Shown: positions 1-12,624 of the stretch, one piece after another | Numbering within the stretch: position 1 is the first letter of the stretch | Layout: the number at the start of each line of letters is the position of its first letter | Assembly: GCF_001194135.2 (NCBI RefSeq) | Contig: NC_069000.1 | Coordinates: 7,620,013 to 7,684,012 of the forward strand | DNA: 64,000 bases | Direction of reading: 5' to 3' | Source: Octopus bimaculoides | Lineage: Eukaryota | Program-made: the position numbers and the translations under genes | The notes under the pieces: generated by a model | The model's input: the letters and a program-made list of their open reading frames with translations, nothing else | The model's database searches: none | What the model was told of the DNA's origin: nothing

Positions 1-21
1 ATATAAATATATAAATAAATA

Positions 22-246
22 TATTCTTTTATTCTTTTATTTGTTTCAGTCATTTGACTGCGGCCATGCTGGAGCACCGCCTTTAGTCGAGCAAATCGAC
101 CCCGGGACTTATTGTTTGTAAGCCTAGTACTTATTCTATCGGTATCTTTTGCCGAACCGCTAAGTTACGGGGACATAAACACACCAGCATCGGTTGTCAA
201 GCAATGCTAGGGGGACAAACACAGACACACAAACACACACACATAC

Positions 247-260
<14 letters not shown>
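22..260 (-). mobile_element. SINE family A, 3' part
   Basis: Near reverse complement of 49600-49800 (ggtgctccagcatggccgcagtcaaatgactgaaac, A-rich tail). Confidence 0.85.
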
Positions 261-279
<19 letters not shown>

Positions 280-291
280 CATATATATATA

Positions 292-325
<34 letters not shown>

Positions 326-508
326 TAAATAAATATATATATATATAAATAAAGAAATATATATATATATATATATTGATAGATGATGATATTAAATGAG
401 AAAGACAAGACTTTTAATTTGTACATAATGAATTTATTGCAGACAGAATGAAAATCATTTTATATATTTATATATATATATATACACACATACATGTACT
501 CACACACC

Positions 509-552
<44 letters not shown>

Positions 553-2883
553 GTGGTAATAGATGAAAGTGTAGATGTTCTGTTGTGGTAGGGAGGAGGA
601 GGACGACGAGGCAGAGTAAAATGGCAAAACACACAGGAATTATTGAACTGAAAGAAATCTGCGTCTGTTAGTTGTTTCTTGTATAAGAACCCTACAAGAC
701 ATTCATCAAGTTTCTTATCATCACATTTTTTAAAAATATTAACCTTCTCTAGAAATAGGTTAGGCTAAGTTTTTGTGGTTTGGGTCTTCTCTTTCAGTTA
801 TATTTTATTTGATTCATTAAAAGTTATAGCACTGTGTAAAATGGTAAATTCCTGAATGATGACCAAAGTTACTACAATGCCAGCTAGCCATTGGTCAAGA
901 GATGTAAGATGCTGTGTCGTATGTGAAACAGTTTTATCAATCATGTGGAGTAGAAGATAAGCAATGACCAACAATGAGATTATTTCATGATGAATGTCGA
1001 GTGAATATATTGATAACAATAACCTCCCCATGTTGCATCTGGTATGTCCCTACTACATGGTAACATGTAGCAAGACAGCAGCCAATTGTAGGGAACTATT
1101 TGGTCTTAGTATCTTTTACAAGATGGAATACATTAATGTCCACCTTGAACAATAAACAAACAATTCATTAAGAGATTAAATCTCCAAGCCTGGATGAAAT
1201 ATTAATTAGACTGAAATGAAAGGTTAATTAAATTTAGATGGATGTTTTACTCATTTCATGATTCAATTTAAAAAGAATCTTTCTCGTAGGTGCAATAGTA
1301 ATTCAGAATATCGTCACTGGATTAAATATTAAACACTTTCTGTCAAGTCAGATTCTAAAATCGTTTTTGATTTTTAAAAAAAAATTGTTTTAGTGACTGA
1401 AGTTCTTGAATTTAGACTGGTCTCACACACACACATATACACACATGTACTCATACACATGTACATCTATTTAAGCATGTTTAAAAACAAATTTTAAAAA
1501 AATTAAATTTGAGATGTGGAACCGAAGTATTTCAACAAGTGTGAAGTATTGAGGATGGAGGTAGAGAGATGATTTAGCGAGAAATAAATAGTTTATTGCT
1601 GCAAATGGTTTTCTCCACATGACTGACCAATGGTGATTAGGACACAACAACGCCCACTGACCAATAGTGGCCAATGGGCATTAAACAACATTATAACAGG
1701 AAAAGGGTAGAATAGTGTTTGCAAATTGACCAATGGTTGTTTAAACAATAACAACTGGACAAAGTGTGTGTAAACTGACCAGTGGTCAGTAAAGGACAAA
1801 TGGCAACACATGACATTTCTGGAAGACATTTCACTGTTATGAATGATGCAACATAAATGGGCAGTCAGGGTATTGCATGGTCTCAGGGACGGGGTGGGAC
1901 TTTTATATCATTTGCTCAATATAATTCTGGAAGAATCTTCGCTAAAACGTGCCAAAATCTCACCAAGGTGACACCATAGTTCAACTGGTCTCTCTTGTTT
2001 ACCCATATATGGTAAACTATCAAGAACTATTTAGATAACCACTTTAAATTGCGAACCTCTTTTTACAGAGAGAGAAAGATGAAGTTAATAATAATAATAA
2101 AAAAAATAATAATAATAATCATGATAATAAATTAAAAGAAAGTGCTTCTATTCCTGGAGATGTGCTATAAGTTAAGTTAGAGACAGTCAGTTTTAGCTGT
2201 AATAGCGACTCTGTACTGGGTTATGAGCAGTGTGCAGCCAATACTTGATGGCTGGGAATGCTATTGAAGAATGTGGAAGGGAAAAAAGTCTTAACAGAAA
2301 TGGTCATATGAGAGAGATTAAGATTTGCTGAAAGGTTGAGAATGATCATCAGTTCAGGTTGGCTGTTACCAGTTTATCAACTCTTGCAATGGTCTGACCA
2401 GTGCTTCGCATCAAGTTAACAACAACATACAATTTGGTTGACTTAACAATGGTAAAAATGGATAGATTCCAATTTGGAATCCTCAAGAGTTCAATAATAA
2501 AACTGATTTCTTCAATAAACAACAATTTAAGAAATAAACATCAGTGTTGTTAGATTTACTTAACACCTGAAATAAAGGGGTTAGAGTCTTGTAAAAATCA
2601 ATCATATATATTACATATATATGCATATGTATGTGAGTCTGTGTATATATACAAATATTTGCACACACATACATATGCACACACACATATATATATACAC
2701 ACACACACACACATGTATATATGATGTATGTGTGTATATGTTAACTCAACTGCAAAAGAATGACATTTTGCAATTTCTCTCAGCTCAGTTCTTTGCATGG
2801 TCTCCTATTTATGTTGATGTCGGCAAATAGCAAATGCAACATGGAAATGCAGTGAGATATCACAGTTAGCAAGCTAAGAGCAG

Positions 2884-5800
2884 TCAGGTTTTGGCCCCAT
2901 AGAATGGTTTAGGACCAAGCCTTACTGGCTGTGGTCGAACAATGCCCTCGACGTGTGGTCGAGTGGTATAACCACTAAAGTCTAGACTAAAACGACTACT
3001 TCCTTTATGTGATAATTCATCGTCTGATTTTAAATCACTTTGTCCACACACAGGAGACAGACTCTTGACCCTAGATCTTGCTGCCCTCCGTGGGACAACT
3101 GTTGTTGATTCACAAGTTAATGATTTACTCATATAAGCCATTGGGTCTATTTTCTCAGCACTTACACTATGGCTGCTCAGTTCAGAGCAACTTGATGTAA
3201 AAACTGAAGAGTTAATATTATTATTATTACCACCACCAATGTTGATTGGTTCAGTTCCTGCAGCCTGCTTGCCCTCAAAGTAGTTTCGCAGTTCCTTAAT
3301 GCTATCTTTGCGCTTTCGGCGAGGAACTTGTTCCTCCCCGATACATTCCATTTCAGAGAAAGAATGTTTCGATTCAGAATCACTTGTATCACTCTTGCTT
3401 TGTTCCACATTGCGTACAGCTTTGCGTTGCCTGTCTTTAGCACGTTGTGGGGGAGGACTCTTTACGTCTACATCACTTGCTGAAGATTCACTCCCAGTAC
3501 GCATGCGATAAGCAGTGCCTTTTGGAGTGGAGTGACCTGCTGAAGACTCTGATTTAGATTTTGGTGATTTACAAAGCACATAGTCGACGCCCATCTCCCA
3601 CGTCTGCTTGCCATCACGTTCGTGCGATTCAGCACGCTGCCATTTCTCTAAAGCAGCTGGCTTGCGGCCACTGGGTGTTGGGCTTCGACCGCTCGGAGTC
3701 GGGCTTCGGCCACTTGGGGTTGTGCTTCGACTGCTAGGGGTAGGACTATGAGCACTAGGGGTTGGGCTATGGGCACTAGGAGTTGGGCTGCGTCCCTGGC
3801 TGTTGGTATCTGTTTTGGATTTAGCGGTGGACTTTGTGGCTTCCCGTTCACGAGACCGTGAAGGGGACATTGAGTCTTTCCGGCTGGACTCCCTTTTTTT
3901 ACCACTTTCTCTGTATTGTCTTTGGTACCGTGGACAAGTGGGTGAGTTTGGGTTTGAAGGGCTACTAGCAGATCGATTATAGTTTGGTCTGTTCTTCAAC
4001 TCTTCATGTTCAAAGAATTCTTTTAAATTCTGTAGTTTCTTGGCTTTGGGGTATTTCAGAGATGCAGTGTTGTATTGTTGTATGCTGCAGCCATCTTTAG
4101 CAGCCTCAAATGCAGTATGTCTTTCAGCAGCAACCTGCAGAACAGATTCATCCAATGATGACCTGTTACTGCTGCCATCAACGACGTTTTTGGCAATATT
4201 TGTTGCACATTTTTTACCTGCTCTTGACTCTTTACGTTCTCGCACATCGACAGCGCAGTTTTCTAGAAATACACTGTCGGTCATCTCAGGGTCATGAATC
4301 ACTTCAAGGTCAGATGATGTTGCCGTCCCCATTGAACTCTTGCTCTGACCTCGAAGAACATCGGAGCTGCTGGAGGTCATATTACACCGAAATGCATCAT
4401 TTCTCTGGCTCTTGCTTTCTGATTTTGGTTTAGTTTTTAAATTGGACAGCAAACTGTCGAGAGAGCGAGCCTTGGAAAAGTCTGTCCCATCGTCTTCATC
4501 ATCATCACATGTAAGGTTCGAACCTGTAGTCGATTGTGGAATCTGTTGTGGTGTTGTGTTTTGTTGTGGCCGGCAACTTTTTCCACAAGCAGCTGCTGCC
4601 AAGTTTGAAGCTGAAATTATTTCTTCGCTTACACTTGGTCTCTTCTCGTGAATTTCAGTGTCTTTTTTCATCTTCTCAATCAGCCTTCTCCTTGGTGAAG
4701 AGGATCTTTTCAGTGTGGGACGGATCTGAATAAGGACCTCTTCTTCAGGGGGTGAAATCTGACAGAGCCGATTACTAGAAGATTGTAACTCACTTCCAAT
4801 GGAATGGCTTTTCTCCTCTTTCTGACCACCAGACACAGTTTTCTTAGGATCACTTGATGGTTTCTGGTTAGTTTCTCTTTTACTTAACTTGGTCGCCTCT
4901 TTACCAACAGTTTTACTGTCTCCTGTCTTCGTTGTCTCTTTGCTGACAGCTTTTGTATCTCCTGACTTGGTCGTATCTTTACCAACAATTTTACTATCTC
5001 CAGATTTAGATATTTCAGACATTTTCTTGTCCTTTGCTTTGGCCGTGTCTTTACCAACGGTTTTACTATCTCCTGACTTGGCCGTATCTTTACCAGTAAT
5101 TTTAGTCTCTCCTGATTTCGATGTATCTTTACCAACATTCTTGCTGTCTCCAGATTTCGACGTATCTTTAGCAACAGTCTTATTGTCTCCCGATTTTGCC
5201 ATATCTTTACCAATAGTCTTGTTGTCTCCTGATTTTGCTGTATCTTTGCTGACAGTCTTATCTTTTGATTTATTTGCTTCAGGAATTTTCTTATTCTCCT
5301 CTGGTTTCACTGTTTCTTTATGGACAGTTATTTTGTCCCCTGCTTTGTCTAACCCTTTACACACAGGGTCTTTTCTGGAAACATTTGTATCTTTAGAACC
5401 TAAATTAATTTCAGATTCCTCATTTTCATTTGGAGGGGATTTGGAATTTTGACTGACAAACTCCTTCCGATCAGCAATGAATGAACGCCGAAGTTTTTCT
5501 ATTCCTTCTTTGTGGCTAGGACTTTTAATAGGAGATGTTGGTTGACTTAATGGCTTGTTGCTCTCACACATTTTGTGATCTGTCATAGCTTCTTTCTGTG
5601 GCTGTCCCAGCACTGGAATTGTTGATGATTTTTTCAAGGCACCAAATCCTTTTGAAGTCTCTTTGCTATTACTATGTTGATGTGAATCAGTTTGAGAATT
5701 TAAGCTTTTCTCTTCACTTGATTGATCTTGTTCAGATTGGTCACTTATTCCTGACACTTCAGGACTAGCTAAAGGAATCTGGCGACTGGCACCAATATCA

Positions 5801-8171
5801 TCTCCTGCTAATATAATCTTTTCAGCATCTTCCAGCTCTTCTTTTGACATATTCAGGATACTGTCTAAATCAGCAACAGAAGATTGTGGAGGACGATTAT
5901 TGCCATATATATTCTTCATACTTAGAGGAGAGTGTGGTGATGAAATAAGAGTCTCACTGGAGTCCTTAACAGACAATTGATCACAGCTACTTTGATTAGA
6001 GTCAAAGTTAGGAACAGATGACTCTGAGTCAGGACGTGGTACTGTGATGACAGGCCTTGGAGACAGGACTAGAACAGAATCCAGAGAGGGATTGACTTCC
6101 ATACTTTCCCATCTCTTCACTGATGGTGTCTCAGATGTGTAAGCTGAATCAGATGCAGAATCTAGTTGATCTTTGCTAATGTCTGATGAAAGTTTCCGTG
6201 AAGAACGACTAAGATTGATTTCACTTTGTGTTTTATCTTTGAATGATCCAGGAATGGACTGGGATGTCTTAGGTTTGAGTAAAGAATCGGTGAGGGATGA
6301 TTCTGGAGGTAAAGATCGGACCATGATATCACTTTCCATGGTATCTTCAAGCTGCTTCAAAGTTTCATTAGAAAAATCTTCAAAGGAATTTCCATCAAAA
6401 GTTCTCTGCAACGAAGAGTTACTTTCCTTCAAGCTGTCATCTTTATCATTGTCGTCAGATAAATCTAGATCTTTAGCGCGTCCTTCAACTGGACTTTTGC
6501 AGATTGTACTTGGACTACTGAGTGGTGTGTGTTCTTTCGACTCCCCCATCATTGTGTTGTTTTCAAGAGGCGATAATTGATTACTTTCTTCAATGTGAGC
6601 AAGTGGCAGTATATTTGAAGTTGGACTAGAAGCTGTCTGATTATCTTCAGAAGTTGTCTGTGAATGCCGTGACCAGTAGTCAGAAGATTCTGCCATCATA
6701 TGTTTCACTTCTTCAGGGTCATAGAACTTTAACATTTGGGTGAAGCTGTTCAGGCTCTCTAAACTAGGGGGACTTTCAACAATAAACAAGGGGTTGACAC
6801 TTTCTGGTTTCGGATGTTCCAAAATATGGTGTGAGTAACGTTTGGTGGGTTCCACATTAGATTTCTTTTCCCTCCTTACACAGTTATCACTGACAGATGA
6901 ACTCAGCTGACCAACATGACCCACTTGTTCTGCGCTCTTATTTGAGCTGGTTTGGTCACCTTCATTCTTAGTTTCAGGGCAACTTTTACGTTCATCTAAA
7001 GAATTACTGCCTTGCTTGAATCTTACCATTTTCGATGGCTCTTTCTCTCCTTCTACTAAATTAGGAATGTCCGAGGTGGATTTTCGGGTGCCTTTTTCTG
7101 GAGATTCTCGTGTGGGTTTCATAGAATTAGTGAAAGCTTTGTTGATTTGTTTGCAGAGGTCTATCGCAGTAGCGGAATCTGTACAAAGAGAAGGATTTGC
7201 AGCAAAAGTACAACTCAAATTGAAGTCCGTGCTATCATTAACTGAGATACTGTCCACAGATTGAGAGAGTTCACTGATGCTAACCCCAGACATCAAATCC
7301 GATTGGCTACCAAAATTGACATTTTCTAAAGATTTACCAATATCTGATGGTACACTCAGGCATTTACACATATCTTTCTGCATGTAACTTATTGGTGAGA
7401 TGCTGTCTTCAAGTTTAGCTATTGCCGAAAGTAAATCCGATCGTAGTTGAGTGGTGCTCTCTGGAGCTGAATCCTTAGAAGTAGGCACTTCATCAACATG
7501 ACCATCTTTCTTAGACATGGTGCCAGCTTTAAGCTCAAGTTCCTTTTCTTTTTTCTTCAAGGAATACTCTTTTGTTGTTCTTTCTACCACACTTTCTGGT
7601 GCTGAGATCTGACTTTCATCAATTTCTGCATAATCATGGAACCGAGAGTAATAAGCTTGTCGTTGGCCAGTATTTAAACCATGGCCACTATTCGGTAACG
7701 TCTCAGCCGGACCATCTTTCCATTGAATAAAAGAAGGTGCTATTAGATTTTTGTTCATACCTTGATCAGTGAGATTCCTGCGAGTATCATTGTCTGCTGC
7801 AGAAGATGCAACAAGAAAGCCATCAGATTTAGACATCAGCTGAAAATTGTCCAAATCAAGGGGCTGAGAAAATTCAGCTGATTTTACAAGTTTCATTTGA
7901 TAAAGATCTTGATTGTCTTCATAAAAGTCATCCATGCTATTATCAGAGTCACTTTCATTTCCAAGTTCTTCCTGAGTTTTGCTTTTCTCTGATATAATCT
8001 GTCTGGTTTGTTGTTGAGGAGTTGATGGAGCTGATGACGTCTTGCGGTAAGTGACAGCCCGTCGTGTTGAATCTCCACGAATGAATGACTGATGTACGTC
8101 CCCATGAATATTTCGTATCTGTATTGGATCCTTCTCAGCATCAGAATCACTGCTGGATGAAGAGCCAGAAT
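2884..8171 (-). CDS. ARHGAP32: Exon 17, giant terminal coding exon (5288 nt, about 1761 aa, S/K/E/D-rich, probably disordered), ending ...RLGPKPFYGAKT-stop
   Basis: Polypyrimidine acceptor TTCTTGTTCCATCTTTCAG| before 8171, phase 1; uninterrupted ORF to TGA at 2886-2884. Confidence 0.93.
3661..3796 (-). repeat. Coding tandem repeat, 21-bp/7-aa unit (xxSPTPS) x6
   Basis: GRSPTPS AHSPTPS AHSPTPS SRSTTPS GRSPTPS GRSPTPS. Confidence 0.92.
4888..5262 (-). repeat. Coding tandem repeat, 39-bp/13-aa unit (KDTAKSGDxKTVG), about 8-9 copies
   Basis: KDTAKSGDNKTIG KDMAKSGDNKTVA KDTSKSGDSKNVG KDTSKSGETKITG KDTAKSGDSKTVG... in the exon 17 translation. Confidence 0.9.
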
Positions 8172-8789
8172 CTGAAAGATGGAACAAGAAGATTAGAAAC
8201 AGTGTTGTGGACAAGTCTAGTAATATTTGCAATAACAATAAACATATATAGATTTGATAATATGTCCCAGTATCTCCCCTCCTCTCATTAATGCTATTAA
8301 AGGCAGAGACATTAAACATGAGTGTTCCAAAGCAATGATTAACACTGAGCTATGACCTCTCTTTGTTTTGTTCTAATGTAGAAGTCAACAGATGTCTGTC
8401 TGTCTGTAATGCAGAGGTTAGCATAAAGCACAATATACATCAACCCGTTATCCTTTGAAAATATATATTATTTATATTACAAATATATGAAAATATTTTT
8501 TAATTTAAATTAAGTTATCAAACATGTCTTAAACTAAAGGTTTACAGCAGTGAACCCACCCAAGCATGCTCTAGCAGTGGTAAAGTGTGAGGAAGAACAC
8601 ACATCAGTGTAGCTGTTATCATACAGGATTTGTTCAAGTGAAAAGACTGGATGAAAATTACGGGGTCTTCTACTTAACAGGATAACTGAAGAATTCAGTT
8701 TTAAGTTTCTATTTACATCTCCTGCTTTTCCTTCTCCTTTCTTCCCCTTCTTTCTGCAGATGGGGGCAGTCTGGGAAGTGGAGGGTTCA

Positions 8790-9300
8790 ACATATTGGAG
8801 TAACTATAGTTGAAGGGTTAAACAGTTAGGGTAACATTAGGGGAAGGGTTTAACAGGATTGGGTTAAGTGCAGGGTTAGGTAACTGTGATGGAAGGATTT
8901 AACAGGTTGGGGTAAACGTGGGGGAAGGGTTTAAGTGGGTTGGGGTAACTGTGGTGAAAAGGGTTTATAGGATTGGGGTAGCTGTGAAGGAAGGGTTTAA
9001 GAGAAATGGGGTAACTGGTGGAATGGCTAAACAGAAATGGGGTAACTGTGGTGGAAGGGTTAAACAAAATTGTGGTAACTGCTGGGAAAGAGTTTAACAG
9101 GATTGGGGTAACTGTAGGGAAGGGTTTAACAGGATTGGTGTAACTGTAGGGAAAGGGTTTAACAGAAGTGGGTAACTGTAGGGAAAGGGTAGGGGTAACT
9201 GTGGCAGAAGGATTTAATAGGATTTGGGTAGCTGTGACATGAGGATTTAGCAGAACTGGGGTAACTGTAGTGAAAGGGTTTCAGAGGACTGGAGTAACTG
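8790..9300. repeat. Minisatellite, about 30-31-bp G-rich unit (ggattggggtaactgtagggaagggtttaaca), about 15 copies
   Basis: Directly visible tandem periodicity. Confidence 0.9.
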
Positions 9301-9689
9301 TAAAATAATGTTAGTATAAAACAGTGAGAAAAGGTTGATGTAATTGTGTAGAGTGTAAGGTGAGTGTTGAGATAGTGACAGTGTAAGTGGTGAGGTGTAA
9401 GTGTAACAGTATTGATGATCACAGTAAACCCTTCAATACCAAACACTGATGCTAGTTGTGCAACTGAACAGCGGGGCTACATGCTTCAAACATAGGGTAA
9501 TAGTCATGGTTGGGGTGGCAGGAGTGTTGTAGTGGTGGATGTTGTGGTCATAGTGGCGGTGGTGGTGGTAGCTTTATCTGTGTGTGTGTGTGTGTGGCTT
9601 TGTGTTTACATCACAACAGCCACCTCTCATAAGCCTGAATGGTTTGCTAAGATGTCCCATTTTTGTAAATCGTTTTATACATGTATACA

Positions 9690-10010
9690 CGATTGCAGAC
9701 ATGTATATATAATTGTGTGTACTGTGTATATTATTGTATATCATTGAGCATATTATTGATATATATTACTGTGTAAATTGTGTGTATTATTGTCTATAAT
9801 ATTTTGTGTATTATTTTGTATATCATTGTGGATGTTATTGTATTAGTGTGTATCGTTGTAACATTGTATATATTATGTGTATTATTTTATATACCATTAT
9901 ATTGTGTATATTGTATTATTGCATGTGTAATTGTACTATTGTATACATCACTGTGTATATTGTTGCATATGTCATATGGTGTATATTTCTGTATTATTGT
10001 GTATATTAGT
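9690..10010. repeat. Degenerate (tattgtgta)-type low-complexity repeat
   Basis: Recurrent tattgt/gtata motifs. Confidence 0.75.
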
Positions 10011-10240
10011 TCAGCACACTTTACATGAAGTAACTCAAAGCAACAAGATGTGTAGTGGCCCTAAAGTGGGACAGGGGGAGAGACAGAGAGGTGTGTGTGT
10101 GAATTTTCCAAATGTGATAACAAGCCCGTTGCCTAAAATCAGAGCAAACAATAATACCCACCTCCAAAAACACAAAATAACAAAACAACTCTGCCTCCCA
10201 TTCATCACCTTCTTCCTCCTCCCCGTCCTCCTCCAAGTTC

Positions 10241-10333
10241 TTGTGACACCAGTGGAGGTGCGACACCAATGGAGGTGCGACACCAATGGAGGTGTGACAC
10301 CAATCAAGGTGTGACACCAATCAAGGTGTAACA
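10241..10333. repeat. 17-bp tandem repeat (gtgacaccaatggaggt) x5
   Basis: Directly visible. Confidence 0.9.
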
Positions 10334-10731
10334 CATGCAGAATGGTGAGACAGACATCATGCTACTTGTTAGTAGAGTGTGCATTATCATCACTATCATC
10401 CTCATCAACAGCACAATCATCCTCATCATCATCAACAACAGCATAATCATCCTCATCATCATCAACAGCATCAATAATATTTGACATGAAGCTGTTGGTG
10501 CAGCATGTTAAGTTTTCAATAAACCAAATCTGTGAATCGGTTTCAATTCTCAGCTGAAACAGTTTCATTTATTTACCCTCCATTAGTTCACTAGTTAATT
10601 ATTAGTTATTGACTTAATTAGTTCACTAGCTAATTTGTTAACCATCATTAGTCAATTAGTTAATTAGTTATTACCTTTATTAACTAGTCTATAGTGGACC
10701 TCTGTTAGTTAACTAGTCTTTATTACAAAAT

Positions 10732-11072
10732 GTTTGCAGGACGGAGGGCAGCAGGCTCCCAAAGGCAGTTTTCTATGCTGAACCATGTCAGGGCAGGAGG
10801 AACTGTGGTGGTCAGAGGTTGCAATGCAGGAATGTGCTGAAGAGATATATGAAGAACTTCAGCATCTTCCCAGACACCTGGGAAGAGAAGGCCCTGTGGC
10901 ATGATGAATGGCACTGATCGCTGAAGCTCGTAATTCTAGCCACCTCCAAAACATTGAGGAGGCAGATGTCACTTCTCCATTGTGTCAAGTAACTTCACTT
11001 GCAGTAGATGTCATCTTTGCTGTAGATCAAGAGCAGGCCTTGTATCTCACACACAAGCCTTCCAGAGACAAT
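10732..11072 (+). mobile_element. Decayed 3' end of an RTE-like LINE ORF2 with a C-terminal zinc-finger-like motif
   Basis: Reads CRTEGSRLPKAVFYAEPCQGRRNCGGQRLQCRNVLKRYMKNFSIFPDTWEEKALWHDEW, then after frameshifts NFTCSRCHLCCRSRAGLVSHTQA. Confidence 0.75.
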
Positions 11073-12624
11073 TACAGGAACAAGAACAGTCAATGTCAAC
11101 CTACAATGGACAGCCAACAACAACAACTACCTAACACTACCTCTTTGCCCTGTCCCCCTCCACATTGTACTACCACCTCTATCATGTCCTAAACACTATA
11201 TATAACATTTCAAATACCATGGCCAGTCAGTCCCTCTACATATCTATAAGTCAGTCTCTAATAAACCAGCTCTACTTCTAATCTAAGCCCTCTTCTTTCT
11301 GCAACCCCGTGTTTTGTACACAAGGTATTATCACAGATATATCTGACTTGTATAGAAGGACAAGCTCTTAGCTACAATAAGTTGGCAAGTGAATAAGAAC
11401 ACTGGACAACATGATTCACATCCCAAACAAGACAGAATCTCTACAGCTTGCACATCAATAATGTTTAGCATACTTGGCAATGCGGGTTGCCATAAACATG
11501 GTTGACCAATTACTTGTTGGGATTGAGCTGAAAGGAACCACATAAACAACCTGTCTTTATGGAAGAAGGTTTTACAGGTTCACATATTGGAGAGAGTATA
11601 ATATGCAGGAGAGAGTATAATATGAACAGATATACTGAGATGAAAGAGTTATAGAGTTACATGTAAGGTGGTGGTGGTGGTATGATCATGTGACCAAGGA
11701 TCAGCCATAGACAACCTTTCGGATTTTAAATGTCCCTGTTTATCTCACCTTAATCAGAGCCTTCAAACCTCAGAAAATCAACCCACAGAGAGCTACTGGA
11801 TAATCACAGAAAAGGATTTATGTGTTGGTTAGGTTTCCATAGAACCATAACTCGCAAGAGTGTGAGCAGGGCTACCTAAACCATTATTCATTTTAAAAGC
11901 TGAGACTACAGGCTCCATGTAAATAAGCCAGGAACAATCAACCAAACTGAGACAAGATGATTAGAGACATAACTAATTGAACAATGTGACAAATTTAGGC
12001 TCCTTTTACAGCTTAAGTACTCAACTGGCCACATTTTACCCCTTTATACTAGACAAAGTTGTCACCAAATACTCAACCAGTTACTATCCACCTCTTATCT
12101 TCAAGTACCTAGCTGGCCACAATCTACCCCTATACAACCTGTCCCAAGAACAAGTTGTCTCCACTAACCAACAAATAAAACTCTAAACTGTTATTTTTCT
12201 GCTAGAAAGACCCAAATCTTCTCAGAAGAAGATACACATTGGATGATGTAACCCTAGATACACTATGTCTGAAAAAAAAAAAAGAAACCAAAACGACAAA
12301 ATGGTTACATTAGGACATCATTGAATAGAGCTGACCTGGGGTTAAACGACAAATTATCTTCAATTATTTCAATAATTAAGATCTGTTAAAAGTTCAGCTT
12401 TTCCAAATTCATTTTAAGGAATAAAGTAAATCAAGGGATACATGTTGCTTCCACTAACTACTGGACCCTTTAGGGAGCTGAACCCCAACAAGACTGGGGT
12501 GCACAAACCAGTAGAGTCTGTTGACAGCTGCATCAATGGCTTTTCCTTCAGTTGCTGCACCTCTCCCACCATCCACTAAATAACAGGTTATTGAATATGA
12601 TGTGAGAAATAAAGTTAATAAGAA

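Noticed and set aside
8172-8319. N-terminal 49 aa of the 1811-aa ORF (MFNVSAF...LIFLFHLS)
   Set aside because: Intronic run-through of the polypyrimidine tract; the real exon begins at the phase-1 acceptor at 8171
10362-10568. Acidic poly-D ORF
   Set aside because: Derived from a (GAT)n repeat; its acceptor is phase 0 and does not fit the phase-1 intron
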